A stretch of 64,000 nucleotides of DNA. Origin: a phage. Positions 56,191 through 64,000 of the stretch are shown piece after piece. Within the stretch, counting starts at the first letter, position 1. Each line of letters begins with the position of its first letter. Made by a program: the position numbers and the translations under genes. The stretch lies in sequence record PQ374922.1. The stretch is one strand, 5' to 3'. The notes beneath the pieces were generated by a model that saw only the letters and a list, made by a program, of their open reading frames with translations, was not told the origin of the DNA and made no database searches.

Positions 56191-56781
56191 ATGAAATATT
56201 GCGGAATCGACTACTCCTATGGCTGTCCATCCCTGTGCTTCTGGGATGATAAAGACCCTCTTGATTTTGATCATCTGCGCTTCTACGCATATTATACTGT
56301 GGAGAAGTGCTGCACTCAGATTCGTCAGAACATCCTTATCATGAAGCAACCGAAGTGGGAGACCCCAGAAGAACGCTTCTATAACATCTGTAAATGGGCT
56401 GAGGCTGTCCTGTTGACTGAGAAGCCGGATGTGATCACTCTTGAAGGGTATGCTATGGGCAACTCTAAGAACTCCAACAACATATGCCAGACCGCAGAGA
56501 ATACCTCACTGTTAAAGCAAGCCCTGCGCCGTAACAATTTCGACTTCCAGATCGTAACGCCATCACACGTGAAGAAGATGTTCACCGACAAGGGCAACGC
56601 GGATAAACACGCCATGATCGCTCACTTCGAGTCGCTGTTCAATGTTAGCATGCGCGGTATAATGGATATGTTGGAAGTTAAGGATCCTAAGCCAATCGAT
56701 GACCTCGTGGATTCGTTTGCGATAATGGCTTGTGGCTCTTACTTCATTGAGAATAATCCAGACTTCAACAGAGGTATATGA
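56191..56781 (+). CDS. RuvC-like Holliday junction resolvase
   Basis: MKYCGIDYS (catalytic Asp), ITLEGYAMG (Glu), IDDLVDSFAIMA (Asp pair) in RuvC order. Confidence 0.55.
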   Translation: MKYCGIDYSYGCPSLCFWDDKDPLDFDHLRFYAYYTVEKCCTQIRQNILIMKQPKWETPEERFYNICKWAEAVLLTEKPDVITLEGYAMGNSKNSNNICQTAENTSLLKQALRRNNFDFQIVTPSHVKKMFTDKGNADKHAMIAHFESLFNVSMRGIMDMLEVKDPKPIDDLVDSFAIMACGSYFIENNPDFNRGI

Positions 56782-57092
56782 TGGTCGATTATTGGTTGTT
56801 GGCGAACTTCCTGACGTTCGCTTTGTTGTTAGTGGTTGTCTTGGTCTGGGTGAAGTCGTTCTTCACTCTGGTTCATGCGTATGTGTACCAGATCAACTTC
56901 TACACACTGTCCCCACATCGTGACACGAACGTTCGTGCCGATCAACAGGCCGAGGCTATCCTCTCATATCAGTTCATCCACATGCGCGATAAAATGATCA
57001 AGCGTGTAATGTTTTCTACAGTGATGTTGCTGGTTATCATTATGGTACGTTTCGTGCTGACAACCGTGGGGGTGTTCCATGCCGCTGTATGA
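56778..57092 (+). CDS. membrane protein with two predicted TM helices
   Basis: Hydrophobic N- and C-terminal segments. Confidence 0.5.
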   Translation: MMVDYWLLANFLTFALLLVVVLVWVKSFFTLVHAYVYQINFYTLSPHRDTNVRADQQAEAILSYQFIHMRDKMIKRVMFSTVMLLVIIMVRFVLTTVGVFHAAV

Positions 57093-57324
57093 TTATCAAT
57101 GCAAGGGCTGTGGTAACGCGATGACACTGCGTAAATCTATTGCAGATCGCCATGAGCCTGAATCCAACCCCTGCACTGAGTGCGGAGGGGAGATTAAAAT
57201 GGTCGTGGGTGCTCCCAAGATTGTCTCTGGGGTGAAGGGACCACAATCAGCTCCAGACGGCTTCAAGGACGTCTTGCGTACGATAAAGAAGGGTTCGGGT
57301 AAGGGGAACACAATCGATGTCTGA
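57079..57324 (+). CDS. FmdB-like zinc-ribbon protein
   Basis: MPLYDYQCKGCG ... CTECGG. Confidence 0.55.
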   Translation: MPLYDYQCKGCGNAMTLRKSIADRHEPESNPCTECGGEIKMVVGAPKIVSGVKGPQSAPDGFKDVLRTIKKGSGKGNTIDV

Positions 57325-57562
57325 CGAAAAACAGCCAGCGCTTGTGATGACACCAGAATTATTTTCTGAAATCGTCCTACTACGCGCCGCCCAAACCAAG
57401 GATAGTATCCTTGAGACTCTGGCAGCTGTCTGTGAAGAGAACGACATAGACGAGACCAAAGTCAAAAAGATGATTACAGCACCATTGTTGTCACGACTGA
57501 CAGCTGAGTGCTCCGATGCGCGCCTGATAAAAGACGCGCTAAAGTCCAAGAAATTAGTGTAG
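57317..57562 (+). CDS. hypothetical protein (81 aa)
   Basis: ORF overlapping neighbours by a few nt. Confidence 0.5.
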   Translation: MSDEKQPALVMTPELFSEIVLLRAAQTKDSILETLAAVCEENDIDETKVKKMITAPLLSRLTAECSDARLIKDALKSKKLV

Positions 57563-57569
57563 GTCTATT

Positions 57570-57809
57570 ATGAGCAAAGAATCAATTTACAGCGCAATGA
57601 AAGCCTCCGAGTTCCTTCCTGGCTCTATGCGCTGGCGTGTGGGTAGCCTCAACGAGCATGCCGACCAGACGGATCGTATTCGTTACGTTACCCCTGATGG
57701 TCGCTCATACGTCGTTGAGTATCACACGCACGACGAAGGCAAGAAGACGTTTTCGGACGTGTTCGACATTATTGAAATTGACCCAGCAAATCAAGTGCTT
57801 AAAGGTTAA
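57570..57809 (+). CDS. hypothetical protein (79 aa)
   Basis: ORF followed by hairpin. Confidence 0.5.
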   Translation: MSKESIYSAMKASEFLPGSMRWRVGSLNEHADQTDRIRYVTPDGRSYVVEYHTHDEGKKTFSDVFDIIEIDPANQVLKG

Positions 57810-57821
57810 TTCAATGTAAGA

Positions 57822-57848
57822 TCGGGGTATAATTACCCCGCTTTGTAG
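57822..57848 (+). terminator. hairpin with TATAAT spanning the loop, upstream of SSB gene
   Basis: cggggta-taat-taccccg then ctttgtag. Confidence 0.5.
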
Positions 57849-57908
57849 TAAACTGAAAATACATGTAACAGAATAGCCCTGAGGGGCGGAAACATAGGAA
57901 ATTAAGAA

Positions 57909-58931
57909 ATGGGTAATTTATTCGATCGTCTGAAAGCATCCCGTGGCCAGCAAACTGAAGCTATGCAGGCGCGTCTTGCACAGCAAGGCCAGAAGTCCGG
58001 TTTCCAGAAGGATCCTCGCATCTGGAAATGGACTTGGAACAAAGATGGTATCTCTGAGAACATCATCCGCTTCCTGCCAGTCCCGCTGGTAGACCTCAAG
58101 GCACAGGAAGAAGGAACGATCGATAAAGATCAGATCCTTACCCCTTGTGCCATGATCATGAAGCATCAGTTCCAGGGACCTGGTGGCTGGTACATTGAGA
58201 ACTCACCTCAGACGTTCGGCAACGACGATCCGGTGCGCGACCATGACCGTCCGCTGTGGGCGCAGCAGAAAGAAACGAACGACGAAAAGCTGAAGGACAT
58301 CCTGAAGAAACGTCTACCCGACACCAAATACTACGCTAACATTCTGGTGATCAAAGATGTCAACGTACCGGAAAACAACGGCAAGGTCTTCCTGCTGGAA
58401 TTTGGTAACGCCATCAAGAAAATCCTGGATCAGGCGCAGAATCCTAAGTTCCCAACCGACCCTAAATTCGATCCGTTCGATCTGTGGGAAGGTGCCAACC
58501 TGAACCTGAAGCTCTTTGGCGAGCAGAAGAAGTTTGGGAACTGGGAAGGTCTGGTGGCAAACTTCAGTAAGGTGGTGTGGGAGAACCCTGCCCCGCTGAG
58601 TGATGACGAAGCGTATATGGAAGACGTCTGGTCTCGCGAGCACAGCCTGTTTGAATTCTTCAATCCGGCTAACTTCAAAGACTACGACTCCCTGGAAAAG
58701 CGCCTGCGCAAAGTTCTGGCAATCCCTGATGACCAGCCTCTGGTTGAAGGTGGTGCAGCCACGATGGCTCATGCTCCTAGCACCCAGACCACACATCAGC
58801 CAACTGCTCAAGACAGCCTGAAACAGCAACAGGCCGCGCCGTCGCAGGCTCAGACTCAGACTCAGTCTCAACCGAATGCCAGAAACACGGCTTCCATTGA
58901 CGAATTCGAGCAGTATCTCAAGTCTAACTGA
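57909..58931 (+). CDS. single-stranded DNA-binding protein, T4 gp32-like
   Basis: IRFLPVP and KYYANILVIKD match T4 gp32 (IRFLP, KYYVNILVVKD); acidic Gln/Ser-rich C-terminal tail. Confidence 0.85.
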   Translation: MGNLFDRLKASRGQQTEAMQARLAQQGQKSGFQKDPRIWKWTWNKDGISENIIRFLPVPLVDLKAQEEGTIDKDQILTPCAMIMKHQFQGPGGWYIENSPQTFGNDDPVRDHDRPLWAQQKETNDEKLKDILKKRLPDTKYYANILVIKDVNVPENNGKVFLLEFGNAIKKILDQAQNPKFPTDPKFDPFDLWEGANLNLKLFGEQKKFGNWEGLVANFSKVVWENPAPLSDDEAYMEDVWSREHSLFEFFNPANFKDYDSLEKRLRKVLAIPDDQPLVEGGAATMAHAPSTQTTHQPTAQDSLKQQQAAPSQAQTQTQSQPNARNTASIDEFEQYLKSN

Positions 58932-58936
58932 TCAAC

Positions 58937-58965
58937 AAGCCATCTTCGGATGGCTTTTTATTTTC
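58937..58965 (+). terminator. rho-independent terminator between convergent genes (possibly bidirectional)
   Basis: aagccatc-ttcg-gatggctt followed by tttattttcc; A-run on the other side. Confidence 0.7.
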
Positions 58966-59902
58966 CCATCACGTCTTGCAATATTCCCAACAGGCTTGTC
59001 TTCTCCGCCGCCGTCAGGTTATCGTTACCCATGATGTCACGAGAGATACCTACCGAGATGCGCTCGAAGTCCTGTATGCTTATCCCAGCCAGGTTGTTTA
59101 CAAGTTGGTCAAGCTGTTTGTAAGCCAGGAGAGCCTCTCCTGTGAAGTTCCCTTCTTTCAACTTGCGATAAAGCTGTCCAGCTTTTGAGGCCGCAGTTTC
59201 CCAGTCACCACTGGTAAGAGCGTCAGCAATGCCGAGAGGAAGAAAATCGCTGGAAAGGCTGCGTGTTTCATATTCTGTCTCCGAAAGCACTTTGTTGTAA
59301 GAGAAAGAAATGTTGTACTGGTTGAACTGGTCTGTGGCACCTTTATCTAGCTCAATAGAACTGAAATTTATTGGGTGAGCCTCGACGATGTAGACGCGGT
59401 GGACCACTTGATCTTCGGTGTCAAGCTGTTCAATGCATATGTCAGTCACGAAGTCTTCGTAATATCCCATTTTGGTGGTGTGTGGATCAAAGATCAGACT
59501 CTTCCACTTGTCCATCACAGACTTCTCATAATAGTCATTGGCTAATAAGAATGACAAGTCGAGGTCGACGTTGGACTTGTTGTTCGGCATCTTGATGTGA
59601 TTACCGTTGTTTGTCATTGGAGTGGTGTCGATACCAACCCCTGGCAATGAGGCAACCATACACATCATCTGAAGGGAACGGGACGTCTGGTTTGTCCCTC
59701 CAAAGAAAGCGTTTACAATACGGGCTGACTGCTTAAACAAGTCACCAAAAGATGAATTGGTTCTGTACGCCTTTCCGTCATTAGCCAGAGTGGCATTGGA
59801 GTCAAAGATCCCTGGTGGTAGAGGGATGGTCACTCTGAAGCGGTTCTTGCGCGACAAGCCCCGCTGTAATATCTGTGTGATAAAATTGCGATAGTCTTCC
59901 AC
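58958..59902 (-). CDS. putative virion structural protein (late gene)
   Basis: GTG start with GGAG RBS; exact TATAAATA 35-42 nt upstream on minus strand. Confidence 0.55.
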   Translation of the reverse strand: MEDYRNFITQILQRGLSRKNRFRVTIPLPPGIFDSNATLANDGKAYRTNSSFGDLFKQSARIVNAFFGGTNQTSRSLQMMCMVASLPGVGIDTTPMTNNGNHIKMPNNKSNVDLDLSFLLANDYYEKSVMDKWKSLIFDPHTTKMGYYEDFVTDICIEQLDTEDQVVHRVYIVEAHPINFSSIELDKGATDQFNQYNISFSYNKVLSETEYETRSLSSDFLPLGIADALTSGDWETAASKAGQLYRKLKEGNFTGEALLAYKQLDQLVNNLAGISIQDFERISVGISRDIMGNDNLTAAEKTSLLGILQDVMGK

Positions 59903-59936
59903 GGTGAGGACTCCACTTAAATAAAATAACTGTTAT

Positions 59937-59944
59937 TATTTATA
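59937..59944 (-). promoter_or_regulatory. T4-type late promoter core TATAAATA
   Basis: Exact TATAAATA on minus strand 35-42 nt upstream of structural-gene GTG start at 59902; phage encodes gp55-like sigma. Confidence 0.5.
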
Positions 59945-59955
59945 GGAGTTGACAA

Positions 59956-60660
59956 ATGGCAAAGAATGCAGCTGGCGAAGAAGATCCGTTGCTGTTTCCG
60001 GCCGAGATGGACGCCCCCGAGCTGGTCAAGCGTTACATCCGCAAGTACCGTCAACACTTCGGTCCAGAGGCGAAGCGTAACATCCGCCGTTCGCATGTGT
60101 GGTTCATGGAGCGTGTGTCTAAGGACGCCAACCTGAGTCCCAACCATATGAAACAGGCGTTTGCTGATCACAAACGTCCGGTACAAGGTGTGCGGTATAT
60201 AGTCGGGCGTATGTTCTATTTCAAATATGATGCTCTGACGAAGAATGAACTACCCTACTGGGATATGTACCCTCTGGTGTTCTTCTTCAACTTTGTCAAG
60301 GGTGATGGCATCACCTTTGGAGAGAAGGGTGTGACATACCTCTGGGGGCTCAACATGCACTACCTGCCACCGAAGCTCAGGCTGTTGGTGTTTGAGGATC
60401 TGATCAAGTTGCGTAACGAACGGGCATACCGCTCAAAGACGCGTCTGAAGCTCACCTGGGAAGCCCTGAAGCGCTTCGCCAACCATCCGCTGTACAATCA
60501 CTGTGTGAAGCTGTACCGTGCCGATCAGTTCCGTTCACAGCTTTACGAGATTGAGCCACAGTACTGGGAGATCGTTCTCTTCATGCGCACTGCCCGCTTC
60601 CAGAAACAGAGCCAGATGTCTGTGTGGAAAGATGCACGTCGTATGCATAAGAAGAAATAG
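59956..60660 (+). CDS. hypothetical protein (234 aa), probable late gene
   Basis: TAGGAG RBS; TTAAATAA element ~35 nt upstream. Confidence 0.55.
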   Translation: MAKNAAGEEDPLLFPAEMDAPELVKRYIRKYRQHFGPEAKRNIRRSHVWFMERVSKDANLSPNHMKQAFADHKRPVQGVRYIVGRMFYFKYDALTKNELPYWDMYPLVFFFNFVKGDGITFGEKGVTYLWGLNMHYLPPKLRLLVFEDLIKLRNERAYRSKTRLKLTWEALKRFANHPLYNHCVKLYRADQFRSQLYEIEPQYWEIVLFMRTARFQKQSQMSVWKDARRMHKKK

Positions 60661-60722
60661 TTCTATAACCCGTTCCGAGGGATAATTCGTGAACAGGTAA
60701 TCCTAAATGATGAGGCTATAAC

Positions 60723-61472
60723 ATGTCACAAATTTATCGTATGTTCGGGTTAGAGTTTACCCCAGCTCGCCTTGATATGAAACTCCCAAATTTTGAAAAG
60801 AGTGGATTCGAAGTCGGTTGTGTTCTGGGTTTCGATCGAAACGGCAGATTCGTTCGCGAACAAAATATTTTCGATGTTCTGGGTGTGAAACCGGACAGTG
60901 AAACAGCAATCCGCTTCGAAGAGGACATCCGTTTTGGTCATTCCGACCTGTACGATTATGTCCGTGATGTGATCGCTGGTTATGAACAAGCTAAAGCACA
61001 CATGAAGATGGCCACCGATGCATGCCTGAAACTGGCGCATTGTCTATACTTCTTTGGTCGCAAGCGTCAGAATCTCGATATGGTATTCCCATCGGAACTG
61101 CTTGAACGCTTCTCTGAAACCGAATTCCTGCTGAAGCAAGCCGACGGAGTTGCTGTCAAATCTAGTGAAGTATTCAAATACCCGATAAATCTGGTGTCTG
61201 GGCATCTGCTGGTAGGGCGTGATCAGGTCGACCTGGCGATTCATCCGGATATGGAGTATGATCAGAACTCCTGTCGTGCCATCCACAACTACGTAGGTGT
61301 CATTCTAGAAAACTTGTACTCAGCCATGGAAGAAGTGATGGCAGCAGAACAACAGGAAGAAGTGATTCGTCGTATCCGCGAAGATATCGAAGGGAAGGTG
61401 AAACAGGATGTTCTAGGGGAATATCCACCAGAGTATTTCCCTGAAGTTCCAAACTTCTACTTGTCCAAATAA
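60723..61472 (+). CDS. hypothetical protein (249 aa)
   Basis: Long ORF, no motif recognised. Confidence 0.55.
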   Translation: MSQIYRMFGLEFTPARLDMKLPNFEKSGFEVGCVLGFDRNGRFVREQNIFDVLGVKPDSETAIRFEEDIRFGHSDLYDYVRDVIAGYEQAKAHMKMATDACLKLAHCLYFFGRKRQNLDMVFPSELLERFSETEFLLKQADGVAVKSSEVFKYPINLVSGHLLVGRDQVDLAIHPDMEYDQNSCRAIHNYVGVILENLYSAMEEVMAAEQQEEVIRRIREDIEGKVKQDVLGEYPPEYFPEVPNFYLSK

Positions 61473-61492
61473 CTCCACTGTGAGAGGTGTGT

Positions 61493-61768
61493 ATGAAACG
61501 TTATCTGAAGCTGACGACTGTCCTTGAGTCGATCATAGAGTATTTCATCATGCAACACCTCCGCGCTGACAACATGCATTTAGACGGTTGCCTGACGTAT
61601 GACCACAAGATCATTGTCCATTCTGTTGAAGTGGTGGATGATGATCTGATGATTGCAAATGTAGAACACTGTCTGTTTGATGAGTCGGTTGATGCGTACT
61701 GCCAACCACGGTTCGCAAAAGTCGAGCTAACAAATTGTTGGCCGCCGGAAATGGTTTTTCTATATTGA
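61493..61768 (+). CDS. hypothetical protein (91 aa)
   Basis: GAGAGG RBS. Confidence 0.45.
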   Translation: MKRYLKLTTVLESIIEYFIMQHLRADNMHLDGCLTYDHKIIVHSVEVVDDDLMIANVEHCLFDESVDAYCQPRFAKVELTNCWPPEMVFLY

Positions 61769-61860
61769 CGTAGAAAGTTAATATTCACGCAAGTTCGCGC
61801 TCCGCTTGGTCGCGCACCTTATAACACTAAGGTGTTAACTTTCTTTTCAATAAAAAGTAG

Positions 61861-61889
61861 TTTACATCTATGAAAATGCAGTATATTAT
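61861..61889 (+). promoter_or_regulatory. sigma70-like early promoter TTTACA-N17-TATTAT
   Basis: Near-consensus hexamers with 17-nt spacer, AT-rich upstream including TTCAATAA, ~70 nt before gene 61958. Confidence 0.5.
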
Positions 61890-61957
61890 GTTCTCACTAC
61901 ACAGTCAGAACAACAATATGCCGCGGATACGGTCTTAATAACGAAAGGGTTTTTATT

Positions 61958-62794
61958 ATGTCATATATTCTTCATGTGGATTCTGGAACCAAAATTGAAA
62001 TTGAAGGCAAAGACGTTGCGGCTATCCAGGCTGAAATCAAAGAAGCAGGTCTGATCATCGGAAACGTTACCCTGCGCCGTATGGTTGAAGGTGTTCTTCA
62101 GGCTGCCAACGGCTTCGAACTGATTGAAGGTCTGAGCGCTGAAGAGAAGGAAGAAACTCAGCAGGCTCTGGCGCAAGCCCAAGAGCAAGCCCAAGCTGAA
62201 GTATCGCTGAAAGTCGCTGAAACTATTGATGCTGAAGCACCGATCTCTGCCGATGCATGTGAAGCCCCAGTGTCCGACGCCCCGGTAGACGCGGTTGAAG
62301 ATGCAGTCAACGCGGCGCTGGAAGAAGGTAATCAGCCGTCCGACGCGAAAATCGGTTCCTTGGCGTCTTCTATGCTGAAAGAAGCATCGAAGGGTAAGAC
62401 CCTGACCCCGCAGGCAGCGCTGGTAGAGCGTAAACGCCGTCACACCAAACGTGAGGAAATGGTTGACTTGGCTCGCGCTTCTAATCACGGTCCGGTCTTG
62501 GCGGCGATTGAAGCTGGTGTTGTCCCCGGCGTGTTCCTGAGCTACGTGAACCCAGACATGCGTTGGTTCCAGTTCCCGGTCACCGAACTGGCTAACCCTG
62601 AAAACCTTCACGCTCGCACCAATACGTATGTCGACGTTGCGCCTATCGTTTCCGGTGGCTGGGGCTTCAGTCTGTACGTGAACGGCAAGTCCTTCACCAA
62701 ACGTCAGAAGATCAAAGAGTCTGATGCTGAGTCTCTGGTTAAGGCGATCAATGAATGGCTTCCACAGGCTCTGGCTGAAGCGAAAGCTGTGTAA
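61958..62794 (+). CDS. hypothetical acidic protein (278 aa), probable early gene
   Basis: Sigma70-like promoter TTTACA-N17-TATTAT ~70 nt upstream; optimal codons; Glu/Ala/Gln-rich central region. Confidence 0.6.
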   Translation: MSYILHVDSGTKIEIEGKDVAAIQAEIKEAGLIIGNVTLRRMVEGVLQAANGFELIEGLSAEEKEETQQALAQAQEQAQAEVSLKVAETIDAEAPISADACEAPVSDAPVDAVEDAVNAALEEGNQPSDAKIGSLASSMLKEASKGKTLTPQAALVERKRRHTKREEMVDLARASNHGPVLAAIEAGVVPGVFLSYVNPDMRWFQFPVTELANPENLHARTNTYVDVAPIVSGGWGFSLYVNGKSFTKRQKIKESDAESLVKAINEWLPQALAEAKAV

Positions 62795-62824
62795 ATTTAA
62801 GTTCAGAAACTGTTCAAAAGATGA

Positions 62825-62858
62825 AGGGGCTGCTATAATAGCAGCTCCTTTTGTTTAT
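62825..62858 (+). terminator. terminator hairpin with TATAAT in loop
   Basis: ggggctgcta-taat-agcagctcc followed by ttttgtttatt. Confidence 0.55.
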
Positions 62859-62869
62859 TGGAGCAGTTT

Positions 62870-63529
62870 ATGTCCTACTCCCTGAAGGGGTTGATGAAGC
62901 GCCCCGTCCACACATTCTTTAAACCACCAGTCGTAAAGGGGATCTATCCAGCACGAGGGCAAATCTACTACGTCAAAGGCTCCAATGGTAGCGGTAAATC
63001 CACTGTACCGTCTCAGCTGGCGGAGAGGGATCCTCAGGCGTATGTCGTGACCCATAACGGCAAGGTAATGCTGACTGTCTGTCCTTCGTTCAACGTGGTC
63101 TGTATCGGTAAATATGACAAGTCGAAGTCCAAGGGGGTTGATTCCCTGAAGGACACTGAGCAGATGTTGTTCGCGTTGTCTATTGCTGACCAACCAGAAT
63201 ACTTGAAATATGATGTGATTTTCGAAGGTATCATTCCATCCACATTATTGAGTTCTTGGATCCCCCGCCTGACGCGCCCACCACGTGAATTGGTTGTGCT
63301 CTTTATGGACACTCCCCTTGAAACGTGTATCTCCCGCGTTAAATCACGTAACGGTGGTGTGGAATTCAATGAAAGTCTGGTGGTCGAGAAGTGGGAGAGA
63401 GTTCATGACCATCGTCAACGACATAAAGACTTGTTCCCTACGGTAGCTGCGGGTATGATGAAGTCTCACGGCCTAACGGTAGACCAGGCTGTGATGGCAT
63501 TCCTCTGTCGTGATTTTGGGAGTATCTGA
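62870..63529 (+). CDS. P-loop kinase (candidate nucleotide or 5-hydroxymethyl-pyrimidine DNA kinase)
   Basis: Walker A GSNGSGKST; GGAG RBS; coupled to downstream ThyA-family gene. Confidence 0.55.
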   Translation: MSYSLKGLMKRPVHTFFKPPVVKGIYPARGQIYYVKGSNGSGKSTVPSQLAERDPQAYVVTHNGKVMLTVCPSFNVVCIGKYDKSKSKGVDSLKDTEQMLFALSIADQPEYLKYDVIFEGIIPSTLLSSWIPRLTRPPRELVVLFMDTPLETCISRVKSRNGGVEFNESLVVEKWERVHDHRQRHKDLFPTVAAGMMKSHGLTVDQAVMAFLCRDFGSI

Positions 63530-64000
63530 TGGAAATCAAAGCAATTAACAACAATGACATGTTGAAGCAGGCTGTCTTGGCTATCCGTGAATTCGGGATC
63601 GAATCTGATCCTGGTAATGCTGAAATCAATACTGATAGCACCCGCTTCCTTGATGGTGTGACTATCACTGTTTCCGATATTCGTGACCGCTGGCTCTCCG
63701 TTGAAGGTCGCAACTCATCGGCTATCGCTGCCATCGGCGAGACCTTCTGGGTGTTGTCAGGTCGCAACGACATAAAGTTCCTGTCACGCGTATTGCCTCG
63801 CGCTGCTAACTTTTCGGATGATGGGGTAACATGGCGAGCTGCTTATGGTCCGCGTCTGTACGCCCATGGCCAGCTGGATAGCGTTATCAACCGCCTGCGC
63901 AAGAACCCAAACACTCGCCAGGCGTACCTCACTATTTATGATCCGGCTTTGGATTCGGATGCTGGTCTGGCGAAGTTCAGCGAGAGCGGCGAAGCGAAGA
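63529..64000 (+). CDS. thymidylate synthase family enzyme, divergent (candidate pyrimidine hydroxymethylase), 3'-truncated by window edge
   Basis: ETFWVLSGRND, AAYGPRL, GQLDSVINRLRKNPNTRQAYLTIYDP align with ThyA motifs but N-terminal region lacks canonical substrate-binding motif; ORF runs off window. Confidence 0.65.
   Translation, partial: MEIKAINNNDMLKQAVLAIREFGIESDPGNAEINTDSTRFLDGVTITVSDIRDRWLSVEGRNSSAIAAIGETFWVLSGRNDIKFLSRVLPRAANFSDDGVTWRAAYGPRLYAHGQLDSVINRLRKNPNTRQAYLTIYDPALDSDAGLAKFSESGEAK

Noticed and set aside
61961-62611. 216-aa minus-strand ORF opposite the acidic early gene
   Set aside because: Antisense artefact; sense gene has promoter, RBS and terminator

Overview
This window is a densely coded stretch of a large virulent myovirus genome with a T4-type replication and recombination core, about 90 predicted genes almost all on the + strand. 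All calls rest on reading the six-frame translations and the DNA by eye; no database search was run. Recognisable genes include UvsW- and UvsY-like proteins, sliding clamp (gp45-like), clamp loader (gp44/gp62-like), RegA, Mre11/Rad50-type gp47/gp46, late sigma gp55-like, RNase HI, gp61-like primase, gp32-like SSB, NrdA/NrdB plus a glutaredoxin, PhoH, HU, a DinG-like Fe-S helicase, an endolysin, an HNH homing endonuclease, and minus-strand baseplate genes (gp25-like, gp5-like with a CHAP domain). The most notable content is (i) an adjacent PRPP-synthetase-like / nicotinamide-phosphoribosyltransferase-like pair that fits a NARP1-type NAD+ reconstitution (anti-defence) module, followed by a vWA protein and a serine-less acyl-carrier-protein homolog; (ii) a P-loop kinase followed by a divergent thymidylate-synthase-family gene at the right edge, suggesting pyrimidine hydroxymethylation or hypermodification; (iii) three unknown, codon-optimised genes where T4 has its DNA polymerase; and (iv) a recurring architecture in which terminator hairpins carry promoter -10-like elements (TATAAT or TAAATAC). 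No rRNA, tRNA or CRISPR array was seen. Start codons of several genes are uncertain.
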